The notes: generated from the letters alone by a model not told the origin. Counted from the first letter of the stretch, positions 40,983 through 52,935 are shown. The stretch is DNA of 64,000 bases from an uncultured Verrucomicrobiae bacterium (GCA_963788655.1 CAWBHS010000060.1:32001-96000); one strand, 5' to 3'. Numbers and translations: made by a program.

Positions 40983-41276
40983 TTGCGCAGCCCCTTCCGG
41001 CGAGGCGCCTTCCAGCGCGTCATACCATGGTTGAGTTGCAATCGTCTGGTAAGACCCGGTGAAAGGGCTGGGTAACTCGACGGATTTCTGGTTTGATTGA
41101 CCAAGATTCCCCGCTTCCGAGGCATTGCATTGATACAAGAAATTACCAGTTTCCCTTGCACCGGGCGCGAGAATTGTATAAAGCAGGCCCGAAACCGCCT
41201 GCGGGCAGGGCCGCAACAACACACGATGCAGGCAATTGTGCAGGAACAAGTCCTGGTCCTTGCCCAACGATTCAGC

Positions 41277-41948
41277 ATGGAAGATTTAACGATTATTCGA
41301 GAGTTATCCGGCAGTAATGGATTGATTCTCGAACGCGATGAGCCGCACCTGTGGTCACGGCTCCAACCTACCTTAAAAGAGCATTGGCGCTTCTTTGCCG
41401 CCTTTCTGCGCCGCCCGGCGACGGTCGGCTCGCTGGTGCCCAGTTCGGTTCACCTGGCCCAAGCGGTCCTCGAACGGTGCAATCTAAAATCCGCCAAGAC
41501 CGTCGTCGAATTAGGTTCCGGCACCGGGGCGATTACGCGCTTTATTCTCGAGCGCCTGGGGCGGCACACCACCTTCCTGGCCCTGGAACTGGATCCGGTG
41601 GCCACCCGTGAACTGCGGCAACGGTTTCCTGAACTGGTCGTCTATTCGGACTCGGCGGAACACCTGCAAAAATACCTGGCCCGGCATGGACGCAAAAAGG
41701 TGGACTGTGTCATCAGCGGGCTGCCGTGGGCCAACATGACTGCCGAAACCCAGGAGCGCATTCTCGCCGCCGTGTTCCGGGTATTGAAGCCGGGCGGCAT
41801 GTTCACCACGTTTGCGTATCTCCATGCCTCCTGGCTGCCGACCGCCCGCCGGTTTCGCGAACGGCTGGCCAGGCACTTCGGCACTGTCAAAGTCAGCCCG
41901 ACGGTTTGGCGCAACTTTCCGCCTGCTTATGTTTATCGTTGCCGATAG
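41277..41948 (+). CDS. Class I SAM methyltransferase, phospholipid N-methyltransferase (PmtA)-like; start uncertain
   Basis: FLRRPATVGSLVPSS, VVELGSGTGAIT, VISGLPW, LKPGG.F..FAY and WRNFPPA motifs. Confidence 0.8.
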   Translation: MEDLTIIRELSGSNGLILERDEPHLWSRLQPTLKEHWRFFAAFLRRPATVGSLVPSSVHLAQAVLERCNLKSAKTVVELGSGTGAITRFILERLGRHTTFLALELDPVATRELRQRFPELVVYSDSAEHLQKYLARHGRKKVDCVISGLPWANMTAETQERILAAVFRVLKPGGMFTTFAYLHASWLPTARRFRERLARHFGTVKVSPTVWRNFPPAYVYRCR

Positions 41949-42057
41949 TTAACTGAATTTCTTCTGGAAAACTGGATAAACCACGGTAGGCTTATACGTG
42001 ACGGGTGGTCAATGGGGGATCGGGTGACCGTAAACCGATAACATTAGACAACGACCT

Positions 42058-42450
42058 ATGAGCAAATATCCGGAAGGCAAATTCGAACGGCATGCGTTGA
42101 ATGTTCCCGGTCCGTTTTATATCGAAGACGGCCAATGCATCAATTGTCTGGCGCCTTGTGACACCGCCCCGCAACTTATCGGCTTCTTCGAGGAGACGCC
42201 TGAATTGCGTGGGTATGCTCATTGTTACGTCAAACAGCAACCGACCACGGCCGCGGAAATGAGGGTCATGCTCCGGGCGATGCAGGCTGCTTGTTGTTCA
42301 GGCCTGCGTTATTGCGGCGATGATCCCGAAGTTTTACGGCAGTTGCGCGAAGCGGGCTTGGAAGGTCGTTGCGATGAACTTTGGCGCGAAGAAACTGACG
42401 CGGCGACAAACACGGCTTCGCCTGTGTCTGCGGAACCAAACAACGCCTGA
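42058..42450 (+). CDS. Ferredoxin-like protein
   Basis: NVPGPFYIEDGQCINCLAPCDTAP..CYVKQQP..AACCSGLRYCG; Cys-rich single-cluster ferredoxin pattern. Confidence 0.7.
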   Translation: MSKYPEGKFERHALNVPGPFYIEDGQCINCLAPCDTAPQLIGFFEETPELRGYAHCYVKQQPTTAAEMRVMLRAMQAACCSGLRYCGDDPEVLRQLREAGLEGRCDELWREETDAATNTASPVSAEPNNA

Positions 42451-42757
42451 TTAATCGTCGCGTTGCGCCAGGCTTTAAGCGACACATAGCTTGCGAAGCT
42501 GACACGGCGAAGGGCAGGGGAGGGCAGGCTCGACGCCGGCAAGCGGTGCGAGTTTTCCGATGGTTCACTTTCTAGCAGTTCTTCACCATAGGCATTTACC
42601 TCGACGGTTTTCCTTGCCACGGAACAAAGGAAGTTCCCAGACCTTCGCATCGCGGTGGGGACATTCTTGTCGGGCCGAACAACAAACGGGGCCACATTAC
42701 GCCGGGCAGCTTTCGTCATCGTGGACGATCAGGGATGTCCGCGCTCCAAGTTTCCGC

Positions 42758-42772
42758 TTACACATCTGTAAT
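42758..42772. promoter_or_regulatory. TTACA-N4-TGTAAT palindrome (cop-box-like) upstream of degQ
   Basis: TTACA-CATC-TGTAAT about 100 bp upstream of the protease start. Confidence 0.4.
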
Positions 42773-42874
42773 GCTCTGGAAAGGAAGGAGTCATGTCCCC
42801 GTGGCAGCTTCAGGCCAGTAAGTTGAGAACGAATCAACGGACTGCAACAACAACCTGTGAAAGAAGAGAACGAT

Positions 42875-44398
42875 ATGAATGGAAGAATGAGACAATGGTT
42901 CAAACGATTCCCACTGCTGGCGGTGGGCACCGCGTTGGTGCTCGGAGGATCGGCAGTAGCCTTTACGGTCAAATCCGCCAGCAAGGACGATTCAGCAAAT
43001 GCTCAAGCACCCCAGGTCAAACTGGTGGTGGACAATCAACCGCTGCCCCGCAACGGCAAAACGTTTACCAGCTTCGCCCCAGTGGTGAAGAAGGTGGCGC
43101 CCAGCGTGGTCAGCGTTTATATCACCATCAACGCCAAACAGACTTCGCTGCGCAATGCACCCCTGTTTGACAACCCGTTTTTTCACCAGTTCTTTGGTAA
43201 TCAATTCGGGCAGGGAGGACAACGGTTATACACGCCGCCGCAACGCGGTATTGGCTCCGGAGTAATCGTTAGCAAAGACGGCTATATTCTGACCAACAAC
43301 CACGTGGTGGAAAATGCGGATGAAGTGAAAGTCGCGCTGCAGGACGGCCGGGAATTCACCGCCAAGGTCATTGGCCGGGATCCCAAGTCGGACGTGGCCG
43401 TGATCAAGGTGGATGCCAAAGATCTACCGAATATCGAGATGGCGGATAGCGACCAGATCGAAGTTGGGGACGTGGTTTTGGCCATTGGCAATCCGTTTGG
43501 GATTGGCCAGACCGTTACGATGGGGATTGTGAGCGCCACGGGACGGGCTACGCTCGGGCTCGATTATGAAGACTTCATCCAGACCGACGCCGCCATCAAT
43601 CCGGGCAACTCCGGCGGCGCGCTGGTGGATGCCGAAGGTCGGTTAATTGGAATCAATACGGCGATCCTGAGCCGTAGTGGCGGCAATCAGGGGATTGGCT
43701 TTGCCATTCCCACCGATCTCGCCCGCGGGGTCATGACGAGCCTGATCAACTATGGCAAGGTGTCTCGCGGTTACCTTGGCGTAATGATCCAAAACCTGAC
43801 CCCTACTTTGGCGAAGGAGTTCAAGCTCAAGAACGACCATGGTGCGCTGGTAGGCGACGTGGTGCCCGATAGCCCAGCGGCCAAAGCGGGAATCAAGAGC
43901 GGCGACGTGGTGTTGGAATACAACGGTAAACCGGTGACGGACAGTCGGCATCTCAAGTTGGAAGTTGCCAGCACCCAGCCGGATAAAACCGTGTCCGTCA
44001 AACTCTGGCGCGACGGATCCACGAAGACTCTTGACGTGACCTTGCAGCAATTGCCGGGGAGCGAACAGGTGGCCCAAGCCGGCAAATCCGGAACAAATCC
44101 GGACGAACACCTCCAAGGCGTCACCGTGGGTGACTTGAACTCGCAACTCCGCCAGGAACTCGGCGTGCCCGATCACTTGGAAGGTGCCGTAGTCACCGAT
44201 GTGGAGCCCGGTTCGGCCGCAGCCGACGCGGGATTGAAGGCCGGGGATGTGATCGTTGAAATCAACCGGCACAAAGTCAAAGACGCCGAACAAGCCGTGC
44301 AATTGACGGAGAAGCAAAAAGACCCCACGACCCTGCTGCGGGTCTGGAGCAAGAATGGCAGTCACTACCTCGTCGTGGACGAGCATGCGGCTGGATAA
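42875..44398 (+). CDS. HtrA/DegQ (Do) family periplasmic serine endoprotease with two PDZ domains
   Basis: GSGVIV, LTNNHVV, DVAVIK, IQTDAAINPGNSGG and two PDZ domains; signal anchor. Confidence 0.95.
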   Translation: MNGRMRQWFKRFPLLAVGTALVLGGSAVAFTVKSASKDDSANAQAPQVKLVVDNQPLPRNGKTFTSFAPVVKKVAPSVVSVYITINAKQTSLRNAPLFDNPFFHQFFGNQFGQGGQRLYTPPQRGIGSGVIVSKDGYILTNNHVVENADEVKVALQDGREFTAKVIGRDPKSDVAVIKVDAKDLPNIEMADSDQIEVGDVVLAIGNPFGIGQTVTMGIVSATGRATLGLDYEDFIQTDAAINPGNSGGALVDAEGRLIGINTAILSRSGGNQGIGFAIPTDLARGVMTSLINYGKVSRGYLGVMIQNLTPTLAKEFKLKNDHGALVGDVVPDSPAAKAGIKSGDVVLEYNGKPVTDSRHLKLEVASTQPDKTVSVKLWRDGSTKTLDVTLQQLPGSEQVAQAGKSGTNPDEHLQGVTVGDLNSQLRQELGVPDHLEGAVVTDVEPGSAAADAGLKAGDVIVEINRHKVKDAEQAVQLTEKQKDPTTLLRVWSKNGSHYLVVDEHAAG

Positions 44399-44752
44399 TT
44401 TTCCGCCGCCGACCACTGGCTCTCCCGCATGGTTGAAGAGTGGTGCGGGAGAGCCCCTTTTTGTTGGACTTCGTCCGACCAGACTAGCCCGTGAGCTGTA
44501 GGACCAAGATTTCGAAGAGTGGGGCTGGGTTGGCAGGCAATCGGCCCGGTTCCAGCGGGAATCCCGCGGAATCGCCCCACGCCCCGGCCGCGCGGAATGG
44601 AAGCCGCGCTCGCGGCCGGATGGGACCGGGCCGTGGCAATGATCACGGATTCGCCGGCCGACACGCTTCCTGGCCCACCGGCATTCGTCGCGCCGGAAAA
44701 ACCGCGAGATTTGCTTGCCCGGCAAATGCAATTGAACATTATGACCGGTGAC

Positions 44753-45421
44753 ATGCGCATTTTGGTAGTCGAGGACGACGCGAAGATTGCCTCGTTCATT
44801 GTCAAAGGGCTCAAGCAGGCTGGGTTCGCGGTGGATGCCTGCGGGGACGGCGAGGAAGCGCTCGTGTTGGCGGAAACCACCGCTTATGACGCCGCGGTGG
44901 TGGATTTGATGCTGCCTAAACTGGACGGGCTCAGCCTGATTCAACGGCTGCGCAGCCAGAAGGTGGTGACCCCGGTGATCATTCTCAGCGCCAAAACCTC
45001 AGTCGATGATCGGGTCAAGGGCCTGCAGGCGGGTGGCGACGATTATCTGACCAAACCCTTTGCGTTTTCCGAATTGCTTGCCCGTATCCAGGCGCTGATC
45101 CGACGGGCCAGTCAGACTACCGAGCCTACCCGGCTCAGCGCGGGCGACTTAACGCTGGATTTAATTCGGCGCGAAGTCATGCGTGGCACCGAGAAGGTCG
45201 AATTACAGCCGCGGGAGTTTGCCCTGCTGGAGTATTTCTTGCGCAATCCCGGACGCACCGTGACCAAGACCATGATCCTCGAGCATATTTTTGATTACAG
45301 TTTTGATCCGCAGACGAATGTCGTAGATGTGCTCGTCCACCGCCTGCGCAGCAAGGTGGACCCCGAGAAGACCCGGCTGCACACCATTCGCGGAGTAGGC
45401 TATGTTCTTCGCCCGGCTTAG
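44753..45421 (+). CDS. OmpR-family (CusR/CopR-like) response regulator
   Basis: [41 protein letters not shown] and TIRGVGY motifs. Confidence 0.92.
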   Translation: MRILVVEDDAKIASFIVKGLKQAGFAVDACGDGEEALVLAETTAYDAAVVDLMLPKLDGLSLIQRLRSQKVVTPVIILSAKTSVDDRVKGLQAGGDDYLTKPFAFSELLARIQALIRRASQTTEPTRLSAGDLTLDLIRREVMRGTEKVELQPREFALLEYFLRNPGRTVTKTMILEHIFDYSFDPQTNVVDVLVHRLRSKVDPEKTRLHTIRGVGYVLRPA

Positions 45422-46820
45422 ACGCAGTTTTGTATTCCGGCTGAGCCTTTGGTATGCGCTGATTTTTTTCATCAGCACCGCCGGGCTTTTCATGCTCGTT
45501 TATTATTTTGTCACCAAGGAATTCGCGCAGAAGGAAGGTGAAATCATCCAGGCGCGACTCCGCGAATACATGGCCGTCTATGAAGCTGGCGGTTTTCCGG
45601 CGCTCAAGACCCGTGCCGCCCAGGATAGCAGCTCGGATGACGACAAATTCTACGTCAACCTCGTCAGTCCGCTTAAGATCGTGCGGCCCGTTTTGGTGCC
45701 GCACGGCTGGGGGGAGTTTCGCCTTGCCCCGGAGATTTACGAAGGCTGGCGTCAGTTTGAGATCAACCGGATTCCCCAAGACGCGCAGAAAGATTTCACC
45801 TTGACCCGGGGGCGCCTGCCGGACGGAGCAATCCTCCTGGTGGGCCGCAGCACCAACAATCTCAAGCTGTTGTGGTCGCCGTTTCGCAAAACCGTTTTGC
45901 CGGCCGGCGTGGGCATGGTGGTGCTCGGCCTGAGCGCGGGGGCGTTCTTTGCTTATCGGGCCATGCGACCAGTGCGGCAGATCGTGGCCACGGCACGCGC
46001 CATCGTGCAAACGGGCCGGCTGGATGCCCGGGTGCCGTCGCGGCAATCCGCCGACGAATTGAACGAAATGGCCCGTTTGTTCAATACCATGCTCGATAAA
46101 AATCAGGCGCTCATCGTGGCCATGCGCGAATCGTTGGACAATGTTGCGCACGATTTGCGGACGCCGTTGACGCGCTTGCGGGGTTCGGCGGAAGTGGCCT
46201 TGGAAGCGAATGCGAGTCCAGAAGACGCCCGCGAAGCGCTGGCCGATTGTGTCGAGGAATCCGAGCGGGTCTTGAGCATGTTGACCACGCTCATGGACAT
46301 TGCCGAGGCCGAGGCGGGCATGATGAAACTCGACCGGCACTTCACCGACCTGTGCCAGCTTATCCGGGAAGTGACGGAAATGTACGAATACGTCGCCGAA
46401 GAGAAACGGGTTGCGGTCAAGACCCAATTGCCCGAGCAGTGCGAAGCGCGCGTGGACCCGAACCGGTTGCGGCAAGTGTTCGGCAACTTGTTGGACAACG
46501 CGATCAAATACACTACGGCGGGCGGCACCGTCTCCGTAACCGCGGGCGTGCAGGGTGACACAGCGTTTGTTCAATTTCGCGATTCCGGCATCGGCATCGC
46601 CGAAGAAGAACACGCCAAGATCTGGACCCGGCTTTATCGCGGCGACAAAAGCCGTTCGCAACGCGGACTGGGGCTGGGCTTGAGCCTGGTCAAAGCGGTA
46701 GTGGAAGCGCATCAGGGGCGGGTAACGGTCAACAGCCGGGCCGGGGAGGGGGCCGAATTCACGGTCTGGCTGCCGCGAGAAGCCCGCGTGGCCCCGGAGG
46801 CTCGGGAGCTGGCCGCTTGA
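45402..46820 (+). CDS. HAMP-containing sensor histidine kinase
   Basis: Two TM segments, [32 protein letters not shown] and GLGLGL. Confidence 0.92.
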   Translation: MFFARLRRSFVFRLSLWYALIFFISTAGLFMLVYYFVTKEFAQKEGEIIQARLREYMAVYEAGGFPALKTRAAQDSSSDDDKFYVNLVSPLKIVRPVLVPHGWGEFRLAPEIYEGWRQFEINRIPQDAQKDFTLTRGRLPDGAILLVGRSTNNLKLLWSPFRKTVLPAGVGMVVLGLSAGAFFAYRAMRPVRQIVATARAIVQTGRLDARVPSRQSADELNEMARLFNTMLDKNQALIVAMRESLDNVAHDLRTPLTRLRGSAEVALEANASPEDAREALADCVEESERVLSMLTTLMDIAEAEAGMMKLDRHFTDLCQLIREVTEMYEYVAEEKRVAVKTQLPEQCEARVDPNRLRQVFGNLLDNAIKYTTAGGTVSVTAGVQGDTAFVQFRDSGIGIAEEEHAKIWTRLYRGDKSRSQRGLGLGLSLVKAVVEAHQGRVTVNSRAGEGAEFTVWLPREARVAPEARELAA

Positions 46821-47125
46821 TGGCGCCCGACGCGGAACAGAGCCTCGACCGTGAGCGCGCGTAGGAATCAGGGCCCAATCCCAAATTCGATTTCCGAAAA
46901 CGACATCCGTTTCGACCAAGCCTCCTGGGGAAAGGTTCTCCGATCGGAGCAGCTCATGTTTCAGTCTTTGGAATTTGGCGCCACGCGACCGCGTTTTTCC
47001 TTTTTTTCGGGCGCATTCCCAGTATCTTCTGACGAATCGGCCCGGTACCGAAACCGGCTGAAGCGGGAGTAACACCCCCAGTTGGGCTCGGTAGGTTCGG
47101 GTAATTTGATTGAATAAGTACATCG

Positions 47126-48931
47126 ATGGAAGTAGAGCGCATACGAAATTTCAGCATCATTGCCCATATTGATCATGGGAAGACGACTTTGTCGGACCGG
47201 CTGTTGCACCGCACGGGCACCATTTCGGATCGGCAGATGCAGGCGCAATTGCTCGATTCGATGGACCTGGAACGGGAGCGCGGCATCACCATCAAGGCGC
47301 ATCCGGTCACCATGCATTACCAGGCCCAGGATGGCTGAAGTACGAATTGAACCTGATCGATACGCCCGGACACGTGGATTTCTCGTACGAAGTCTCGCGC
47401 AGCTTGAGCGCGTGCGAAGGGCGCGTTGCTGATCGTCGATGCGGCCCAAGGGGTCGAGGCCCAGACCGTCGCCAATGTGCATCTGGCGATGAAGCAGAAC
47501 CTGACGATCATCCCGGTGATCAACAAGATCGACCTGCCGCACGCGAACGTCCCGCAGGTCAAAGCAGCAACTCGAAGACATCCTGGCCATTCCCGGCCGA
47601 CAACGGCCATTCTCGCGCAGCGCCAAGGAAGGCATTGGCATCGACGAAATCCTCGAAGCGATCGTCGCGCGCAGTTCCGCCGCCCAAGCCTACCGGCGCG
47701 CGCCTCCCTCCAGGCCCTGGTGTTCGATTCCTATTTCGACACCTACAAAGGCGTCGTCACGCACGTCCGCGTGTTCAATGGCGAATTGAACGCCGGGCAT
47801 GCACGTCAAACTGCTGCACTCCGGGAAGAACGTCGAGATCAAGGAAGTCGGCAGTTTCAATCCCAAGCCGTACGTGCGCGAGAAACTTGGCAGTCGGGCG
47901 AAACCGGTTACATCACGGCCAACATCAAAAGCCCGCAGAGACGTCAAGATGGGCGACACCATCACGGACACGCGCCACCCGTCCGCCGCCGCTTGGCCGG
48001 GTTCCAGGAGATCCATCCGATGGTGTTCAGCGGTATTTATCCGATCAACACGGCAGATTACGAGCATCTGAAGGTGAACCTGGGCAAGTTGCAACTGAAC
48101 GATTCGGCGTTTGTGTATCAGGCGGAAAGCTCGGTGGCGCTGGGCTTCGGTTTCCGTTGCGGCTTCCTGGGACTGCTGCACATGGAAATCGTGCAGGAAC
48201 GCCTCCGCCGCGAATACAACATGGACATCATCGCCACGTACCCGAGCGTGATTTACCATGTTACAATGACGGACGGCACGATGAAGGAAATCGACAATCC
48301 GGCGTTCCTGCCGGAGCCGAATTACATCGACCAAATCGAAGAACCCATGGTGAAGGCGTTCGTCATCTGCCCGAACGAATACATCGGCGACATGATGGCA
48401 TCTGATCTCCGAAAAACGCGGCACGGTGGACCATACCGAGACGCTGGACACCCGCCGGGTCATGCTGACCAGCGCGGTGCCGCTCAACGAAATCCTGATC
48501 GATTTTCACGACCGCATCAAAAGCATCACGCGCGGCTTATGGTTCCATGGATTACGAGCACGCCGGTTACCAGGCAGTCCGACATGGTCAAGCTGGACAT
48601 GCTGGTCAATGGCGAGGCGGTGGACGCCTTTTCCTGCATCGTGCATCGCGACAAGGCGGAGGGCAGGGGACGGGCGCTGGCCGCCAAGCTCAAGGAGGTC
48701 ATTCCCCGGCAGCAATACCAGGTGGCCATCCAGGCGGCCATTGGCGGCAAGATCATTGCGCGGGAAACCGTCAGCGCCCTGCGCAAGGACGTAACCGCCA
48801 AATGCTACGGCGGCGACATTACCCGCAAACGCAAACTGCTGGAAAAACAGAAGGAAGGCAAAAAGCGCATGAAATCCTTCGGCGCGGTCAACATCCCGCA
48901 GGAAGCATTCATTGAAGTGCTCAAAGCATGA
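47126..48931 (+). CDS. lepA: Translation elongation factor 4 (multiple apparent frameshifts)
   Basis: [44 protein letters not shown] and [20 protein letters not shown] scattered over three frames; total span ~600 codons. Confidence 0.92.
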
Positions 48932-50185
48932 AATCCGACTCCGTAACGAAAGGCCGTTCCGCGTCTTCGCCAGTCTCTTCCGTCGCGCCCCAATCCCCAG
49001 GGGAGCTACCGCACCGGCTGCGCTGTCCCAGCATCTGGAGTGTGCCCTGGTTTCTGTCCCGCACCGTGCGCCAAGCCACGCAAATGTGCAAACACGTGCG
49101 CAAGTTGGTCAATTCCCAACGGGATCTCTTGGCGCCTAAGAGTATCAATGCCATCGCTGAGGCCATGGCTTCCGTTTACCAAAGCATCAAGACGGGGGCC
49201 AGCAAGCCTAAGTTGGTGGCGGCAATGGAGAATCTCGAACAGGTGGCCAACAAATGGCTGAAGCCGTATCCGAACGCCGGGATGCGTGAGAACATCGAAG
49301 TGCTGCTCGTGGCCCTGGCCGTGGCGATGGGCATCCGCACCTTCTTTTTGCAACCGTTCAAGATTCCCACCGGCTCGATGCAACCGACGCTGTTCGGGAT
49401 CACGCAGGAAAACCTGATCGGTAATACGAATTACCACATCCCCAATTTTTTAACGCGCTTTTGCCAGTACCTGGATCAATGGAGTCAGTTTTGTCCATGT
49501 TGTCGCGCGCGCCGACGGCGAATTGCGAGCCGCTGACGCCAAACCAACCCGCTTTCTGCTCTTTAATCTTAAGCAGCGCATTCAAGTCGGTAATGAATGG
49601 TACACCATCTGGTTCCCGCCGGACAACCTGCTGCAACGCGCCGGACTGTTGGCGGGTCCTGGATTTTTTCGCGACCAGTTTTACAAAAAAGGAGATGACA
49701 TTATCAAACTGCGTGTGGTCAGCGGTGACCATCTGTTTGTGGACCGGTTTACCTACAACTTTCGGCATCCCGAACGCGGTGAGATCATCGTCTTCAAAAC
49801 TGAAGCTATTGAATACGACGGTGTACCAAAGAACCAGTTTTACATTAAACGCCTGATCGGCATGCCAGGAGACACTATCAAAATCAATACGAATGACCAT
49901 GTGGTGATCGACGACAAACCTTTGACGGCGGCTGATCCGGGCTTCGAGAAAATCTATGGTCAATTCGACCACCGATATGTCGGCCACACTCACGTGGGAC
50001 TTTTAGCCGATCCAACTAACAAATACGTTGTGGATCCCGGCAATTATTTTGTCATGGGCGATAACACACGCAACAGTCTGGACTCCCGGTATTGGGGAGA
50101 ATTCCCCGAGCACAGTGTAATTGGGCGGTCCTATTTCGTCTATTGGCCCATCAGTGATCGCTTCGGCTGGGGCTATCATCGCTGA
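48928..50185 (+). CDS. lepB: Signal peptidase I with long N-terminal extension (apparent frameshift at ~49470)
   Basis: FKIPTGSMQPTL (catalytic Ser), YIKRLIG (Lys), MGDNTRNSLDSRYWG; follows lepA with ATGA overlap. Confidence 0.9.
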
Positions 50186-50447
50186 AGGTTCATTCCCGAA
50201 CGCATAATCGAGAGCGCGCAACTTGGGTTGTTTTCCACAAAAAGACCGAAAAAAACCAACCGGAGCCACACATAAAGACGCACAATGTTTGTTAGTTTTA
50301 ATTAAGTTGTCCCTGTGCGCCGTGCTCCCTTCCGTTTAGCCCGCACTTGTGAAAGCACCCCAGGTGAATGGACGGACCAATACTTCGCCTCCCAATGTAT
50401 CCATTTCCCGATGAATTTGCGCGCCGCGTTGTCGATAGGATAACTGT

Positions 50448-51095
50448 ATGGACCTGGCAAGCCTTCGACCTAATTGGGCGGATTTCGTGATTCTGGCGGT
50501 GGTAATTGTGGGCATTGTGCGCGGACGCAAACGTGGGATGTCCCAGGAACTGCTCGACATGCTCAAGTGGTTTCTGATCGTCGTCATCGCCGGTTTTGTT
50601 TACGAACCGGGAGGACGGCTCTTGGCGCAAACATCGCTGGTCAACCTCCTTTACAGCTATTTGATGGTTTATACCCTGATCTTGTTTCTGATATTCCTGT
50701 CGTTTTCCCTCATCCGCAATGCCGCAGGCCAGAAGTTGGTGGACGGAGAGTTTTTTGGGAATGCCGAGTTCTATTTGGGCATGATGGCGGGCGCTTTCCG
50801 CTACGGTTGCATGCTGCTGGTAGTTTTGGCCTTTCTCAACGCCCGTTATTTCAGTCCCCAGGAGGTCTTCGCCGAAGAACATTACCAGAACGAAAACTTT
50901 GGGGCGGAATACTTCCCCACCCTGGCCGATGTGCAACGGCACGTGTTTAAGAATTCGATGGTGGGCCGGTTTATCAAAGATCACCTAAGTCTGGTATTGA
51001 TTCGCCCCACGTCGCCTAAAGACAAGGTTGGCAATAGAACCGGCGCCGTGTTCAGCCGCCATCAGCGGGACCTGGACGATGTGCTTGCCAAGTAG
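50448..51095 (+). CDS. CvpA family membrane protein
   Basis: NWADFVIL..GIVRGRKRGMSQE and LGMMAGAFR motifs with four TM segments. Confidence 0.75.
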   Translation: MDLASLRPNWADFVILAVVIVGIVRGRKRGMSQELLDMLKWFLIVVIAGFVYEPGGRLLAQTSLVNLLYSYLMVYTLILFLIFLSFSLIRNAAGQKLVDGEFFGNAEFYLGMMAGAFRYGCMLLVVLAFLNARYFSPQEVFAEEHYQNENFGAEYFPTLADVQRHVFKNSMVGRFIKDHLSLVLIRPTSPKDKVGNRTGAVFSRHQRDLDDVLAK

Positions 51096-51119
51096 CCCTG
51101 CCTTCGGCCAGCTTGGGGC

Positions 51120-52925
51120 ATGGCCGGCCTCGTTTCGCCCGCAACCATTGATCAAATCCGCGCTGCCAGTGACATCGTCGATGTCATCGGCTCCTATTTG
51201 CCGTTGAAACGGGCGGGCGGAAATTTCGTCACGCTCTGCCCGTTTCACAAAGAAAAAAGCCCCAGTTTCCACGTCAATCCCCAACGGCAGATTTTCCACT
51301 GTTTCGGCTGCCACAAAGGCGGCGACGTGTTCACCTTCGTCCGGGAATACGAAAGTCTCTCCTTCATGGAAGCCGTCAAGCGCCTGGCCGAGCGCGCCAA
51401 TATTCCGCTCGAATTGGAAACCCACTCCGGCGAATCGCAGACGCGCTACCTCAAGGAAACGCTCTGGCAAATCCACGAACAAATCACTCAACGCTGGCAC
51501 CGCGCCCTGACCAATGAGGCCGCCGGCCAGATCGCCCGCGATTACCTGGACAAGCGCGGCGTGTCGTTAGAAGCCGTTGAATTATTCCGGCTGGGCTTTG
51601 CGCCGGAAGCTTGGGATGACACGGTCAATTGGGCTCGGAGCAAGGATCACGATCTGTCGGTCGTCGAGCAGGCCGGCTTGATCCTGCGCAAAGAAGGCAC
51701 CGACCATTTTTATGATCGCTTCCGGGGACGGTTGATGTTTCCGATTTGCGACGAACAGGGCCGAGTGGTGGCGTTTAGCGGCCGAGTGTTGCGCGGCGAC
51801 GAGAAGACTGCCAAGTATGTCAATTCGCCGGAAACCCCCATCTTCACCAAGAGCAAAGTCTTCTTCGGGCTCGACAAATCTAAACGGGCCATCCTGGACG
51901 CCGGGGTTGCCGTCGTGTGCGAAGGGCAACTTGACCTGATTGCCTGTTACATGGCGGGCGTTAAAAACATCGTCGCCCCCCAAGGCACCGCGTTCACGGC
52001 CGATCATGCGCGCATTCTCAAACGCTACGTCGATGAGGTCGTGTTGTGTTTCGATTCGGACGCCGCCGGCCAGGAAGCCGCCGTGCGGGTGCTGGACAGC
52101 TTGCTGACTTCCGGGTTGGCCATCCGCGTCGCTTCGGTGCCCGCGCCCGACGATCCGGACAGTTACATCAAGCAACACGGCAGCGAGTCCTTCCAAAACC
52201 TGATCCAGCAGGCGGAGGGTTTTTTTGATTACTACCTGAAACGGTTGTGCGCCGTGAACGAAATCAGCACGGACAAAGGCCGCTTGGCGGTGGTCAAAGC
52301 CATGGGCGAAGCGCTGCGCAAAACCGGCAGCGCGGTGCTGATCGACACCCATGCACAAAAAACGGCCCAACGGCTCGGTGTGGCGCCCGAAGCCGTGCGT
52401 GCCGAATTTAAAAAATCGCCTCGGTCAAGACCATTTGCCAATGAACCACGCTCGTCGGAAACCGATTCCGTGGTCAACCACTCCCCTCCCCCCGAGCGCG
52501 AATTTTGGCTGATGCGTTATCTGCTGGAAACGGACGAAGTGGATTGGGTCGCGCGGCAACTCGATCTGAACTGGTTTCAGCATCCGCTGGTGCGGCAAGT
52601 CGTATCGTTGCGTTTGGCCGTCCACGCCCAAAATCGCTGGAAGGACGTTCCGACCTTGCTGGTTGAATGTCCGGATGCTCCTTCGCAAAGCCTCGTCACT
52701 GAAGCGGTGGCTAAACCGGTTTCTCTGGAAAACCTGGCCCAGGTAATTGCCACGACCATGCAATTGTTGCGGAACGATTTTATTGACCGCGAACTGACTC
52801 GGCTGACGCAGAAATTGTCGCAGCCGAACCTGCCCGAGACCACGGTGATCGAGGTTCTGACTCGCCAAGCCGAATTGCGCAAAGCCAAACGCCAACCGAT
52901 CAGCCCCGATGCCGCGAGCGGCTAA
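51120..52925 (+). CDS. dnaG: DNA primase
   Basis: CHC2 Zn finger CPFHKEKSPSF..CFGC, DRFRGRLMFPI, KYVNSPET, TOPRIM EG..D and FDSDAAG. Confidence 0.97.
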   Translation: MAGLVSPATIDQIRAASDIVDVIGSYLPLKRAGGNFVTLCPFHKEKSPSFHVNPQRQIFHCFGCHKGGDVFTFVREYESLSFMEAVKRLAERANIPLELETHSGESQTRYLKETLWQIHEQITQRWHRALTNEAAGQIARDYLDKRGVSLEAVELFRLGFAPEAWDDTVNWARSKDHDLSVVEQAGLILRKEGTDHFYDRFRGRLMFPICDEQGRVVAFSGRVLRGDEKTAKYVNSPETPIFTKSKVFFGLDKSKRAILDAGVAVVCEGQLDLIACYMAGVKNIVAPQGTAFTADHARILKRYVDEVVLCFDSDAAGQEAAVRVLDSLLTSGLAIRVASVPAPDDPDSYIKQHGSESFQNLIQQAEGFFDYYLKRLCAVNEISTDKGRLAVVKAMGEALRKTGSAVLIDTHAQKTAQRLGVAPEAVRAEFKKSPRSRPFANEPRSSETDSVVNHSPPPEREFWLMRYLLETDEVDWVARQLDLNWFQHPLVRQVVSLRLAVHAQNRWKDVPTLLVECPDAPSQSLVTEAVAKPVSLENLAQVIATTMQLLRNDFIDRELTRLTQKLSQPNLPETTVIEVLTRQAELRKAKRQPISPDAASG

Positions 52926-52935
52926 GACTACCAGG

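Noticed and set aside
42451..42874. ncRNA or small gene in the 420-bp gap before degQ
   Set aside because: No convincing ORF or recognisable RNA family by eye.
44519..44752. N-terminal extension of the response regulator
   Set aside because: Receiver domain begins at MRILVVEDD; the upstream frame looks non-coding.
47126..48931. lepA as a true pseudogene
   Set aside because: Motifs are undegraded and the total length is normal; the pattern fits sequencing indels.
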